DNA of 64,000 bases, from the NCBI GenBank assembly GCA_043228905.1, contig JBHGNT010000022.1, positions 6,634,001-6,698,000 on the forward strand, in the 5' to 3' direction. Below, in pieces: positions 35,615-47,479 of this stretch. Source of the DNA: Azolla caroliniana. Its lineage: Eukaryota; Plantae; Polypodiophyta. The position numbers and the translations under genes are program-made. The notes under the pieces are model-generated. The model searched no databases. It was not told the DNA's origin and saw only the letters and a program-made list of their open reading frames with translations. Position 1 is the first letter of the stretch; every line of letters begins with the position of its first letter.

Positions 35615-36160
35615 GTACACTGTTACGTGCTCGCTCTTCTTCTTCTTGCACCAACAAGAAAATTGACAACAACTATAACAGTTCCTAAAAAGTTTGCCCT
35701 AAGTCATATTTATACTAATATGACTTTTCGGCTATTTACAAATATAGCCTCGATGGACTCTCAGAAACATATTTACGAATATGTCTCTTCATCCAGTGAG
35801 AATTCCTCACCGGGTCTGCACCATCCGGCTCTCCGTAGCCGGGTAGTCCTCATCCGGTTCTCACCGGGCATGCACCATCCGGCTCTCCGTAGCCGAGTAC
35901 TCCTCATCCGGTTCTCACCGGGCCTGCACCATCCGGCTCTCCGTAGCCGGGTAGTCCTCATCCGGTTCTCACGGGCCTGCACCATCCGGCTCTCCGTAGT
36001 CGGGTACTCCTCATCCGGTTCTCACCGGGCCTGCACCATCCGGCTCTCCGTAGCCGGGTACTCCTCGTCCGGTTCCGGCCCCGGCCTATCGGCCTCGGCC
36101 GAGATTGTTCGTCGGCACTGTTCTTCTCTCTTCCCATCCGGAGGGACTTGTCTCCCAACA
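35309..36160 (-). mobile_element. Solo LTR (852 bp) of a Copia family related to the LTR at 16267, inserted in the RT of chromovirus B
   Basis: TG..CA termini and TSD CGCAC (35304-35308, 36161-36165). Its start TGTTGGGAGACAAGTCCCTCCGGATGGGA matches 16267. Confidence 0.9.
35806..36075. repeat. 5 x 54-bp tandem array in the U3 of the solo LTR
   Basis: Unit CCGGGCCTGCACCATCCGGCTCTCCGTAGCCGGGTAGTCCTCATCCGGTTCTCA, near-identical copies with no spacers. Confidence 0.95.
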
Positions 36161-37740
36161 CGCACATGTATATCATGCTCCGCATTTGTTCTAGAGTAAA
36201 TCAATAGATCATCTAAATAGATGATGAGAAAGATATCTAGAAAATCTCAGAAAATGTCATTTGCCATATATTGAAACACAAGGGAAGCATTTGTGAGCCC
36301 AAAAGGCATTACTGTATACTCGAAATGGCCATACCGAGTGCGAAATGCAGTCTTCCACTCATCTCCCCGTCGAATACGGACAAGATTATATGCACCCCTT
36401 AGATCAATTTTGGTAAAATGTTTTGCCCCACCAATGTGCTCTAAAAGGCTGGAAATTAAAGGTAGAGCATACCTATTTCTTATTGTGACTTTATTTAATC
36501 CCCAATAATCCACGACCAAACGAAGTGAGCCGTCCGTTTTCTTCACGAAAAAGATAGGACCACCAGCTGGAGACTTTGAATGTCGAATAAACCAACTTGC
36601 AAGATTCTTGTCGATGTATGCTCAAAGAACCTCAAGCTCCGTTGGTGACAGATTGTAGATTGGACCCCATGGTGGCTCTTTTCCTGGCTGTAGATCAATG
36701 GGGCAATCGTATGGCTGATGCATTAGAAGTACACGAGCTTTGACTTTGTCTAGGACATCAGCATATTCTTGGTACTTTTTAGGAATGTAGACCTTTGACT
36801 TCCCTTGAGTGTCACTAGAAGGTGCAACTGATCTAGCAAATAAGAATAAATCTTCTTTTGCTCCTTCTTGGCATAATTGTTGTAGGGTGATGGTTGAAAT
36901 CTGATGAAGAGGAACAACATGTTTGGTAGAGGGTGAATTGGTAACACTATGGTTTTCAAGAGGAGGATCTTGTGTTCGACCCTTGACTACTATTTATCCT
37001 TTTGAAGGGCACCTAATTTCTCGTCGTCTCCAATCAATTCTTGGGTTGTGTAGCTCAAACCATGGCAAACCAAGGACTATTGGATGCTTAGGACTACGGA
37101 TTATGTTAAAGAAAACTAAACATCCTAGATCACCTAAGAGTATGTGTATCGGCTCAAACTCCTCGAATATCTTTCCAGAAGCTATGGGACGTCCATCAAT
37201 CACTGCTACAGAAACTAGCAAGGAAGTTTATGCAAGGGTATTTGATGTTTTCGGGCAAAATCTCTATCCATGAAACAAGAATTGGCTCTGGTATCTAAGA
37301 GAACAGAAGAAGAGAGGAGAATGGACTGATAAGAGAAGACTAGATTAATTAGAATTGAATGAGTACTAGGATGAGTTGGATACAAGGTAGGCTTGGAGTT
37401 GAAGACTGGTGTTGATTCGAACTGATTTGATATGATCTATTTGTCTCTATTTATAGGTTTCTATAGAATAGCTTGGAGATTTCTAGAATGTTCTAGAATG
37501 TTCTGGACCTAGAATATTCTAGGATGTTCCAGAATATTTCTTGAATGTTCTAGAAAGTTCCAAAAGTTTCTCTGATACAATAATCACTATGAAAAGTAGC
37601 ATTTATCATTTCACGTCCTGATAGGTTATCTTAATGGTTAGGCTTCGAATTTCATAATACGAAGTCCTGGGTTCAAGTCCAGGTGCAGCATAATGTTCAC
37701 GGATTCATGACAGGAGGAGCTGATTCTTCATGCCGAGAAG

Positions 37741-37956
37741 AGCCGACAGTCGAAGGCAAGGAGGAGCCGACTATTCGGGTTGAGAACTGAATGTCGAAGA
37801 GTCAACAGTGGAGAGTCGATTGATTAACTGTCGATTATTATTATAACTAGCCGACAGTCGAAGGCAAGGAGGAGCCGACTATTCGGGTTGAGAACTAAAT
37901 GTCGAAGAGTCAACAGTGGAGAGTCAACTAATTAACTGTCGATTATTATTATAACT
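37741..37956 (+). repeat. 108-bp tandem duplication in the Copia 5' LTR
   Basis: AGCCGACAGTCGAAGGC...TTATTATAACT occurs twice; the 3' LTR has a different repeat arrangement. Confidence 0.85.
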
Positions 37957-40900
37957 AAATAATAATAGTAGTAATGATGTGAAGTAGGGGCTACTCTTGT
38001 AAATAGCCCATATGTTGTATGAGTGTAAATACATCTAGGGCAAAATATAGAGTTTGTAGAACAAAATAAGGGGTTAGCGATAGAGAGCGGTGCTAGAGCC
38101 AAGCAAAGGTTTGACGCTAAGAGCCCTGTGTGTGGCTGATACACTCTGTGTGGAGAGTGTCATTTTTAGATTTCATCTTGTATTCTCTGTGCATAGTGGA
38201 ATCTCTGTTCCTGTGGTTTTCCCCATTTAGGGTTTCCACGTAAAACGTTGTGCCCTGTGCATTTTGTGTATTTCAACATATCATTGTTGTGGATCAACGA
38301 TTGATTCTCAACAAATTGGTATCAAAGCTTGAGGTGCAAGCATGGAAGGAGATGTGAGCAGCTTCCCAGGTATGATAGTTCTAAACTCTCAGAACTATGC
38401 AGACTGGAAGATTAAGATGGAGGACCTTCTCATAGTCAAAGATCTGTACGAGCCAATCGATAGAACAGAAATACCCATGGGATTATTAGAGTTGGAATGG
38501 AAACTTCTTAATAGAAAGGAGGTAGCCACCATTCGACAGTGCATTGATGTAAGTGTCCTTCAGCATGTGGCGAACGACATGGATTCCCACAAGATGTGGC
38601 AGAACCTGTCAGGTCTATACGAAAGGAAGAACGCCCTCAATAAAACCTCACTGATGAGAAAGATCATACGGCTGAAATATAGAGATAGTGAGAGCATCGT
38701 CGAACACATCAGCACATTCATGGGTACGTAAATCAACTTGCCGCAACCAAGTTTCCCCTTGAGGATGCAATGCAAGCCATCCTGTTGTTGTGTACTTTGC
38801 TGGACAGATGGGAGAACCTGGTGGTGACTCTCAGCACCTTGTGTCAAGAAGAGAACTTGTCTCTACAAGTGGTAAAGACAAGCATCTTGAACGAGGAGAC
38901 CAGAAGGAAGGACAAGGGTGTCTTGGTCCAGTCGAAGTCAAACGTGACTCAACATATCGGCACATGAAGGAACCGACAAAGAAGTTCACCAAGGAGAGAA
39001 AAGTTTCAATCCAGGTCGAAGTCCAGAGGTAAGTAAACATGCTTCTATCACAGGAAACCTGGACACTTCTAGAAGGACTGTCGACACATGAGGAAGGACA
39101 AAGGTGTCAGAAATGGTGTCGACCCCAGGAAGATTCCTGATGAAAATAACACTTCAGCCATTGCTACAAGCAATGAAGAACTTTTGTTCATTTGTGAACA
39201 AACAAATGCAAACCTTGCAAGCCAAGAATGCACTTGGGTGACCGACTCCGGTGCATCTTTCCATATAACTCCGTCGAGAGCATATTTCTCAACTTACATA
39301 GTCGGTGATCATGGCTATGTAAAGATGGGTGATAATGGGGAGTGCAAGATAGCCAGAATCAGAAGTGTCTATTTGACGACGTCAACAGGGTGTTGACTAA
39401 CTCTAAAGGATGCTTAAAATGTCCCTGATATCATATTGAATCTAATATCGACTGGAAGACTGGATGATGAAGGCTACAATGGTAGTTTTCGGAATGGCAA
39501 GTGGAAGTTCTGCCGAGGAAATCTTATAGTGGCCCAAGCACATAAAGAAGGCACATTGTATTGATGCAAGCTCGACTGTGCAAGTCAAAATTGAATGTGG
39601 CAGCCGACTCGGCAAGACAGATATGACATAAGAGGCAAGGCCACACGCGTGAGAAGGGTTTGCATCTATAGCCGACTAGAAGTAAAGGGAGTGCACTTGG
39701 AGAAGTGCGTTGACTACTTAATTGGAAAGCAAAACAGAGCATCATTCCACTCAAGATCACCAAGAAGAAGAGAAGTGCCATTGGAACTAGTACACACGGA
39801 TATGTGTTATGTGGATGCTCCGTCGCATCAAGGCAGACAATACTTTGTGAGTTTCATCGAGGACTATAGTCGGAAGTTGTGGGCTTTCGTACAAAAGACA
39901 AAAGATCAAGTACTGTCGTTCTTCAAGGAGTTCCAGGCAAGAGGTGAAGGGGAGTCAGGTCGGAAGTTGAAAGATGTCCGAACCGACAATGGTGGCGAAT
40001 ATAGAGGGCAGTTTGAGGAATATTGCAAGGCCTAAGGTATTCAAATCAAATTCACAGTGCCAAATACCCCTGAGTTGAACATGCTTGCAGAGAGGATGAA
40101 TTGAACAATCATGGAGAGAGTAAGGAGCATGCTCTCTCATGCTAAACTGTCGAAATCGTATTGAGTTGAGGCGATGTACTCAGCGGTTTACTTGATCAAC
40201 AGGTCTCCATCAGTGCCATTGAAGGGTGATGTCCCACAAAGGGTGTGGACAGGTAAGGATGTCTCATACCAACACATGAAGGTGTTTGGATGTTTAGCGA
40301 ATATGCATGTGCCTAAGGATCAAAGGTCAAAGCTCTACAGTAAGTCAAAACCATGCATATTCATGGGATACTTGGAAAACGAGTTCGGCTATAGGCTATG
40401 GGACTTAACATATAAGAAGGTGGTGAGGAGTCGAGATGTAGTTTTCATGGAAGACAAAACAATTGAGGAATGGAAGAAACAAAAGTCGGAATCGACTCCC
40501 CAGTCGCCCTCGACTTCCACCTTAAGACTAGTTGAACCGACATAGTCGGCTAATCGGAGACAACTAGATGGAAGAGCTAAATCGGAGTCCGTCGACTCTG
40601 AGCAACTGACCTATGAGTCTGAATCGAGGGACCTATTGAAGTCGATCGAAGAATACAAATCGGAGTCAATGGACATCCAACAACTGATAGACATGAATGA
40701 ACCCGAGCTGAGAGAAGAGTTGGCAAAGACATGGCAAAGACATCCGAGCCGGAGCCAACAATGAATGGAAGGAGATATCCTCTCAGAGAGAGAAGAGCAC
40801 TGACAACATATGCCAGTCAATACATCCTCTTGACTGATGAAGGTAAACCAAAGTGCTATGACAAAGCCATTGCCAACAAGCACGAAGAAAGATGGTTGAG

Positions 40901-43110
40901 TGCAATGCAAGACGAGATGGACTCTTTGCATGAAAATTACACCTACGACCTGGTAGAATTACCGAAAGGTAAGAGAGCACTCAGGAACAAATGGGTCTAT
41001 AAGGTGAAGATTGGAGAAGTCAATAGTGCGCCTAGGTATAAATCCTGCATAGTGGTGAAGGGATTCCAACAAAAAAAGGGTGTCAACTTCAACGAGATTT
41101 TCACACCAGTCGTGAAGATGACATCCATCTGAACTATTCTGAGCATAGTTTCCAACATGGACCTAGAGATCCAACAATTGGATGTCAAGACAACATTCTT
41201 GCATGGGGAGCTGGATGAAGAGATCTACATGCAGTAGCCCGAAGGCTTTGAGGAGAAAGGGAAGTAGAACCTGGTGTGTCAATTGAGGAAAAGCTTGTAT
41301 GGGTTCAAACAAGCTTCACGCTAATGGTACAAGAATTCAACTCCTTCTTGGTGGAACATAGGTTCTAGAAAACACAGACCGATCACTGTGTGTTCTTCAA
41401 AAGGTACGATGAAGGTGACTTCTTGATTCACTTGTTATATGTAGATGACATGTTGATAGTCGGTCAAGATACAAGGCAGATCGGAAGCTTGAAGAAAGCT
41501 CTAGGCAGATTGTTTTTCATGAAAGATCTTATACTGGCTAAACAAATCTTGGGGATGCACATAGTTCGGGACAGAACTAAGAAAATGTTGCGGTTGTCAC
41601 AACAAAAGTTCAACTTGTTGGAAAATCGGCTCTGTGTTACCGACCAACTACAACCTAAATGCCAAGCAATGCCTAAGAGGGGAGAAGGACAAGGTTGGGA
41701 TGAGGAAAGTACCATATGCCTCAACCGTTGGCAGTTTAATGTACGTTATGGTCTACATGAGACCAAACATAGCTTTTGTTGTGGGAACAATAAGCCGATA
41801 TATGAGTAATCCAGGACGAGAGCACTAGGTAGTAGTGAAGTGGATACTTAGGTACTTAAAAGGCACATTGTGTGTGTGCCTTAAGTATGGTGTCGGAAAA
41901 CCTATGCTCGAAGGGTTTACTGACTCGGACATGTTGGGGGATGTAGATTCAAGTCGATCCACTTCGGGATACGTGATGACCTATGCATGGGGAGCAGTGT
42001 CATGGCAATCACGACTACAGAAGTTTGTGGCCTTGTCGACCATGGAGGGAGAGTATATGGCAGCAGTAGAGGTCGGTAAGGAGCTGATTTGGATTAAGAG
42101 TTTCCTCAATGAACTCGGGATGAAGCAAGAAGAACTCTTGCTCCACTATGATAATCAGAGTGCCATAAATCTTACAAAGAACGTTGCATACCACTCTCGG
42201 ACCAAGCATATACAAAGGAGGTATCACTGGTTGTGAGAAAAGCTAGATGAAGGAGAGTTTTCCCTCGAGAAGATCCATACTGATGAGAATGGATCCGACA
42301 TGCTCGCTAAGAACCTACCAATGGACAAACTCAGAGTCTGTCGATAGAAGACAGGACTGACCGAATTCTCTCGCACAGGAGTGAAGGGGGAGTTTGTTGG
42401 GAATATGTCCCTCCAGTGGGAGGAGCCGACTATTCCGTCCGAGAAGAGGTGACAGTCGAAGACAAGGAGGAGCCGATTGTTTGGGTCGAGAAGAGTCGAC
42501 AGTTGAAGACAAGGAGGAGCCGATTGTTCAAGTCGAGTACCGAATGTCGAAGAGTCGACAATGAAGAGTCGGCTGATTAACTGTCGATTATTATTACAAC
42601 TATAATAATAGTAGTAGTAACAATGTGTAGTTGGGCAAATAGCCATTATGATGTATGAGTATAAATACATCTAGGGAAAAACATAGAGTGTGTAGAATAG
42701 AATAAGGGGTTAGCGATAGAGAGCAAGAGACTGAGAGCAGCGCTAGAGCCAAGTGAGGTTTGGCGCGAAGAGCATTGTGTGTGGCTCATACACTCTGTGT
42801 GGAGAGTGTTGTATTTAGATTTCATCATGTATTCTCTCTATATAGTGGAATCTCTGTTCTCATGGTTTTCCCCATTTAGTGCTTCCACGTAAAACATTGT
42901 GCCATGTCCATTTTGTGTATTTTAGCATATCTTTGCCGTGGATTGACAATGGATTGACAATTTTATACATGTCAAGTGCATGATTACAAACCTCGAAACA
43001 AATAGGAAAGTGATCTGAAGTTCCTACATCTTGTAGAACTTTCATACGAAGTGATGTCGGTAAAAAAGAATCATTGTGCATCACATGAATTCTATCTAAC
43101 CAACTCCATG

Positions 43111-43131
43111 TTTAGGGTTTAGGGTTTAGAG
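43111..43131 (+). repeat. Short telomere-type repeat TTTAGGG TTTAGGG TTTAGAG at a deletion junction in the LINE endonuclease
   Basis: Lies between coding for ..WGSLLQTL and WSWLDRIHV; the intervening GDFN-containing segment is missing. Confidence 0.6.
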
Positions 43132-46050
43132 TTTGAAGGAGTGAGCCCCATAATGCAATACGTTGAATGGCTTGGTTAGGGGCATAAATACCAACCAACC
43201 ACACAACCTCGCCAAAATAAGTGATTTCTAGAACCAAAAACCGACCATAAGGATCATTATGCACCACTTGAGGATAATATTTATCCCGCACGATTAATAC
43301 CACACCTGAATAATGATTATTAAGATGTCCTGCATAGAATGATGAATATCCACGTAAATGAATTGTGGATCCTACTAACTCAAGACACTTATGCTCAACT
43401 GCACATAATACATCTCATTCTTTACTTCAAAGTTTCCCATAATATATACTTCTTATGAGGAGAACACGCCCCTCTCACTTTCCATGTTACCACTTTTATT
43501 CAATCAACAATATTATGGGTGCATTTGCTCCTTTAGATCAACCGATGTCATGAAACTAGTCAAAGCATGTTCCAATGTTGCATATGGATTTTCATGCACC
43601 ACATCCTTAGGGTTGTCTATCGAAATATTTTGTTTAGGTTCTCCCGCTTGACGAAAACCCCGAGAATTCGATTAATTTACAACCCGTCCCAATGAATCAA
43701 ATTGAACATAAAGGGGTAATCCCTTATCCCTAAATTGTCTTTGCCAAGGAACTTTTTGAGGACCCTCCCTAGTTCCTGAATTTCCTTTCCAAGTAGTCTC
43801 ACAAGTAGTGGACAAACTATTACGTCTCATATTTATTGATTTCCCCTTCGACTTGCCCTTAACCTGATGCCAATCCTTTTCAACAACAACATCACTATCA
43901 ATTCTATCCAACGGTTTTTTCCCCTTATCTATAACCACCAAACTTTGTTTTTCCATTTCCATAGATTGAGTTCCCTTATTCTTAGGGCCCAAAACTTGAA
44001 GTGAAACCTCTTTATAACCTACTCTAGATGATGTTCCTTCATCCATAACAACCACAATATCTGACACACCAACATCTCTCCCAACTCCTTCCTTACCATT
44101 CCCTTCATCAGGAATCTCTATAGTTGAAGGAAAATGACGATGGCATTCTGCCATAAAGTGACCCCATTCACCACATCCAAAACAATGACCTGCAAATTTC
44201 TCCCACTTCAATTTAAAGCAATGTCTTTTCATACTAGGTGTGTTCATACGCACCCATCCTGGCCTCTTACGATTTGTATACCATAACAAACAAAACCTAC
44301 ACTTATTTTATCACTTCCATATGGAAATACCAACACTTTACCCATTTTACACAACAACTCTAGTAAAAGTGGCCATAAAAAAGCATGCTTACAATCCACT
44401 CTTACCCAAACAGGGCATTCTTGTTTTAACAAAGCGTGATAGTCCACAACGGGGGACCATTGCATTACATGCACCAATCGATTATCAAACGGAAACTTTA
44501 GCCAACAATGCACTTCGATGTTCCAATGAAAGAACACTACATCATAAAACCCTTGTGGTCCTGCATGTATATTTTCAACACAATTTGGTGACAAATTGTG
44601 TTCAACCATTGTTTAATCCAATTAATGTATGGGAGTTTAACCGCAAGATCATAGAATACATGAAAAGATTGCAACATTGCCTTAGCATCAACTTCCACAT
44701 CATGCACATTCTCATTAATGCATTCTTTCGCTTCATTTTCATTTTCTTCCACAATATCAGACAACAAGGTATTTGCAATTCCCCATCAATTTTCCCAATT
44801 ACAATGATCCTTGTCAACCTCATCTACATGTATTACTTCGGCGTATGTCAATTTGTTCTCATTAATTTCCTCAATACCCTTAAACCTCTTAGAGCTTCCA
44901 ATGTCTTCCCTTTCACAATTACATTAAACGATCACATTACTCTTTTTTGGATCAATTGTTTCCATATCAATGTCCCCCAGAATTTGTGAGGAATTCATGT
45001 TTATATCCATTATTCTTGAGGTGATATCAATCCAGAATAAAAACAATTTTCCATGAACAAGAGAGACAACCAAAACTCACCCAATTGAAGAGGTCGAAGA
45101 TGATAATGACAATAGAAGACCCGCAATGTGTGTTGAGTATGTGGATGCTGATAACCCAAGATTTCTTATTTCTATCGTTGCTTCTCGTACAGACCACTAA
45201 ATTTAACTTGCTATATCTCGTTACGAAGCTCTAATCGAGGGCTTTCCAACGCTTGTCTTTGTGCTAAATTCCATTGCCGATAGAGATCACAATAATAATA
45301 ATAAAAATAATCACTTCTTCGTCTTCCCGTCTCCACTCATGTTTTTTTCTTTCTCCTTCTCTCTCTCTCTTCTCTCTCTCCCTCACACACAATTCTATTC
45401 TACTTTATATGGTGAAAGAACTAATGGACAAGTTGGCTTTCTTCTTCTTTTTTCTTTTTTTCTTTTTTTTTCCAAAAAAAACTTCTTCCATTAGTTATAA
45501 AATTTTACAAATGAGACGATTATGTACAAATCCCTGAAGGGACGCAATAGTTCTATCTTATGTGGATGCCCACTGACTCAAGAAAGGGAGAGGACGACCA
45601 TTGTTGGATGAAGGCTATTCGTTGTCTTTCAACTCCCTCAGAGCCACCCTTAAGGCCATCATATTGGCTCTTCAGAGTGGCTACAATTTCACTCCATATC
45701 TCTTGCAGTAACCTTGTTGGGTGTGCGGTTTGGTTGGAGAAGACACGCCTACATTGTTGTTTCCATAGAATCCAAAGAGTTATTGGGCTGACCAATTCCA
45801 ACACCCCTTGAGATTTGTCATTAAGAGGAGTGGAGTGGACATTGCTGCTGGAGGAGAAAAATACCTCTTGTGCTTTTATCACCAAAGTCATCCCCTCCTC
45901 CTTATGCTCGTATCTGCCAACTGCGGCCTGCCATGATAGCCAACATATATTTCCCCACTTGATTGAGCCTTGCACTTGGTATAATTGCAACAAGCGGCCA
46001 ACCCCCCGCCATATTCGATGGGACGTTGGGCAATCCCACAGAGCTTATCA

Positions 46051-46277
46051 TATTGATTGTACTGCATGTGGACACTCTACACAATTAGGAGAGCTAAGGT
46101 TCCCACGTTTCCATGCTCCCACCGGTAGGGACTTATGTATTAATAGCCATTGGAACGTGGTAATTCGCCTCGCATATTGTTGTTTCTAGATTTTCTACCA
46201 AAACTTGGTGATTATTGTGGGAGGAACTTGAAATGTGTGCCAGACCTTCGCAGCAGGCGGTTCTCGAGCGGTTTGAG
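46051..46277. repeat. Left copy of a ~225-bp direct duplication of LINE B sequence flanking the PLE (right copy 50388-50612)
   Basis: TATTGATTGTACTGCATGTG...GGTTTGAG is present on both sides with scattered substitutions and a 2-bp indel. Confidence 0.92.
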
Positions 46278-47479
46278 GCACAAAACTCCTTAGAAAACTT
46301 GCTTATTCCTGTCCACTTTGACACCATTTGCCAAGGCTCTGTATTACAATATAAAGAACTCTTTTCTAAACGCCATAGATCCCAAGAAGTACTCCATAAA
46401 TATGAAACCGATCTCAAGGAGAACTTCATTCCTAACTCCTTGCGCATTAACCCTCCTAGGGTAACGATAAATAACGAAAACGCACAAAATATCCTCAATA
46501 AAAAACTAAACGATCTAACTGCAGAATATAGAAAAAATTGAACCTTAACGTTAATAGAAGCCCAAAAAACCCTAGCTATTAGTTTTACCGAAACTATCAA
46601 CAAGTACCCCACCACGGTTGAGCAAAGACTCCAAGACATTGTATCAATGCTCTCGGATATCCCATTGCACAACCTTGTCACATCACACCAATGGGAGGAA
46701 AAACTCCAACATTGGAAAAATGAAACTTTTGCTAAATTTAATAGCCACCTAGAACAAGCCACCTTAGAATTTAGCATACAGATTTCCTTAGAAGCTAAAA
46801 CTAAAGTGGCTAATAAATCAGCCTAGGACGCCATCGTCTCGAAATCCATGACGATGGGCAAAGAAAAAACAATAAATACTCTAATAGATGATGGGCTAAA
46901 AAAGATCAAGAATCAAGTAGACAATTACCTTAAACCGTTCCTAGAGAAAATTAATAAGGAAAACCCCAACACACATCCAAAAAACATGGCTATGCCCCCA
47001 ACAAAAAATGGGGGCACAAGGACACACAAAACATCAAATCCATCCCCCACTGCCCCCACCTCCTTCTTAAGGACCCAGTCCTTTATCCCAAGTTATGGAC
47101 AAAGCTATGCTTATCCCATACCACCCACACATCCCATACCCCCCACGTACCCTATATTTGTCCTGATGAATGTACCACCACCTACCTCCCTACCCCCACC
47201 TATGAAACAATCAATGTCTCACCTCGAGACCATCAAATCCACCACACGGTCCTATCCTCGACCCTCAGTCCCTCAACCCCCAGTTCCATGACCCATGTCT
47301 TACCACCGGCCCCCAATCAAACGACCTACCCCTCATCCCCAGCCCCCAGTCCCGCAACCCGCAACCCGCAACCCACACCCAACACACGCACTACGGGACC
47401 GAAACTAAATCCTCTACCAAAAAAATACGTAGGGGTAGACCTAGAAAATTACATTGGTTCCCACTTCTTCAATCGTTAA
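46278..47479 (+). pseudogene. PLE ORF1 (helical/coiled-coil-like region, then Pro-rich tail); two stops and one 1-nt indel near 47285
   Basis: Track ORFs 46215-46541, 46848-47291 and 47288-47479 join into one reading; the start is lost at the junction with the target. Confidence 0.7.
46979..47016 (+). promoter_or_regulatory. -1 programmed ribosomal frameshift signal of the PLE
   Basis: In-frame slippery heptamer A AAA AAC (46979-46985), 7-nt spacer and perfect 8-bp hairpin TGCCCCCA/TGGGGGCA. The -1 frame is open downstream. Confidence 0.8.

Larger units (their letters stand above)
32505..37712 (-). mobile_element. Tcn1-like chromovirus, family B, gag deleted
   Basis: TSD GGAGG (32500-32504, 37713-37717). 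3' LTR 32505-32961; 5' LTR 37712-~37298 fused directly to the protease. PPT AAGAGGAGGGATAG; RT, RH, INT and chromodomain (YYLVDWLGY..TWEP). Confidence 0.92.
32476..42959 (+). mobile_element. Ty1/Copia element (decayed) inserted in LINE A; its 5' LTR is split by chromovirus B
   Basis: 5' LTR 32476-32504 plus 37718-38313, PBS TGGTATCAAAGC 38317-38328 and gag ATG 38342. PR WVTDSGAS, INT TDNGGEY, RT LLYVDDM, RH SRTKHI. PPT GGAGTGAAGGGGGAG and 3' LTR 42395-~42959. TSD imperfect (GATTT/ATTTT). Confidence 0.9.
23861..45150 (-). mobile_element. Fragmented L1-type LINE (A) hosting nested insertions: ORF1 ~45054-43672, EN 43460-42960, linker 32475-31881, RT 24826-23861
   Basis: ORF1 CFGCGEWGHFMAEC knuckle, EN GIYAPN and SDHFP, RT SVRQGCPLSP. 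The reading HALDMYK|SLLGKPPLCFN is continuous across the Copia insertion. Linking the RT piece to the same copy is inference. Confidence 0.8.

Noticed and set aside
35806-36075. Regular repeats as a CRISPR array
   Set aside because: Head-to-tail units without unique spacers, inside a TSD-bounded solo LTR in a eukaryote; the same applies to 9405-9700.
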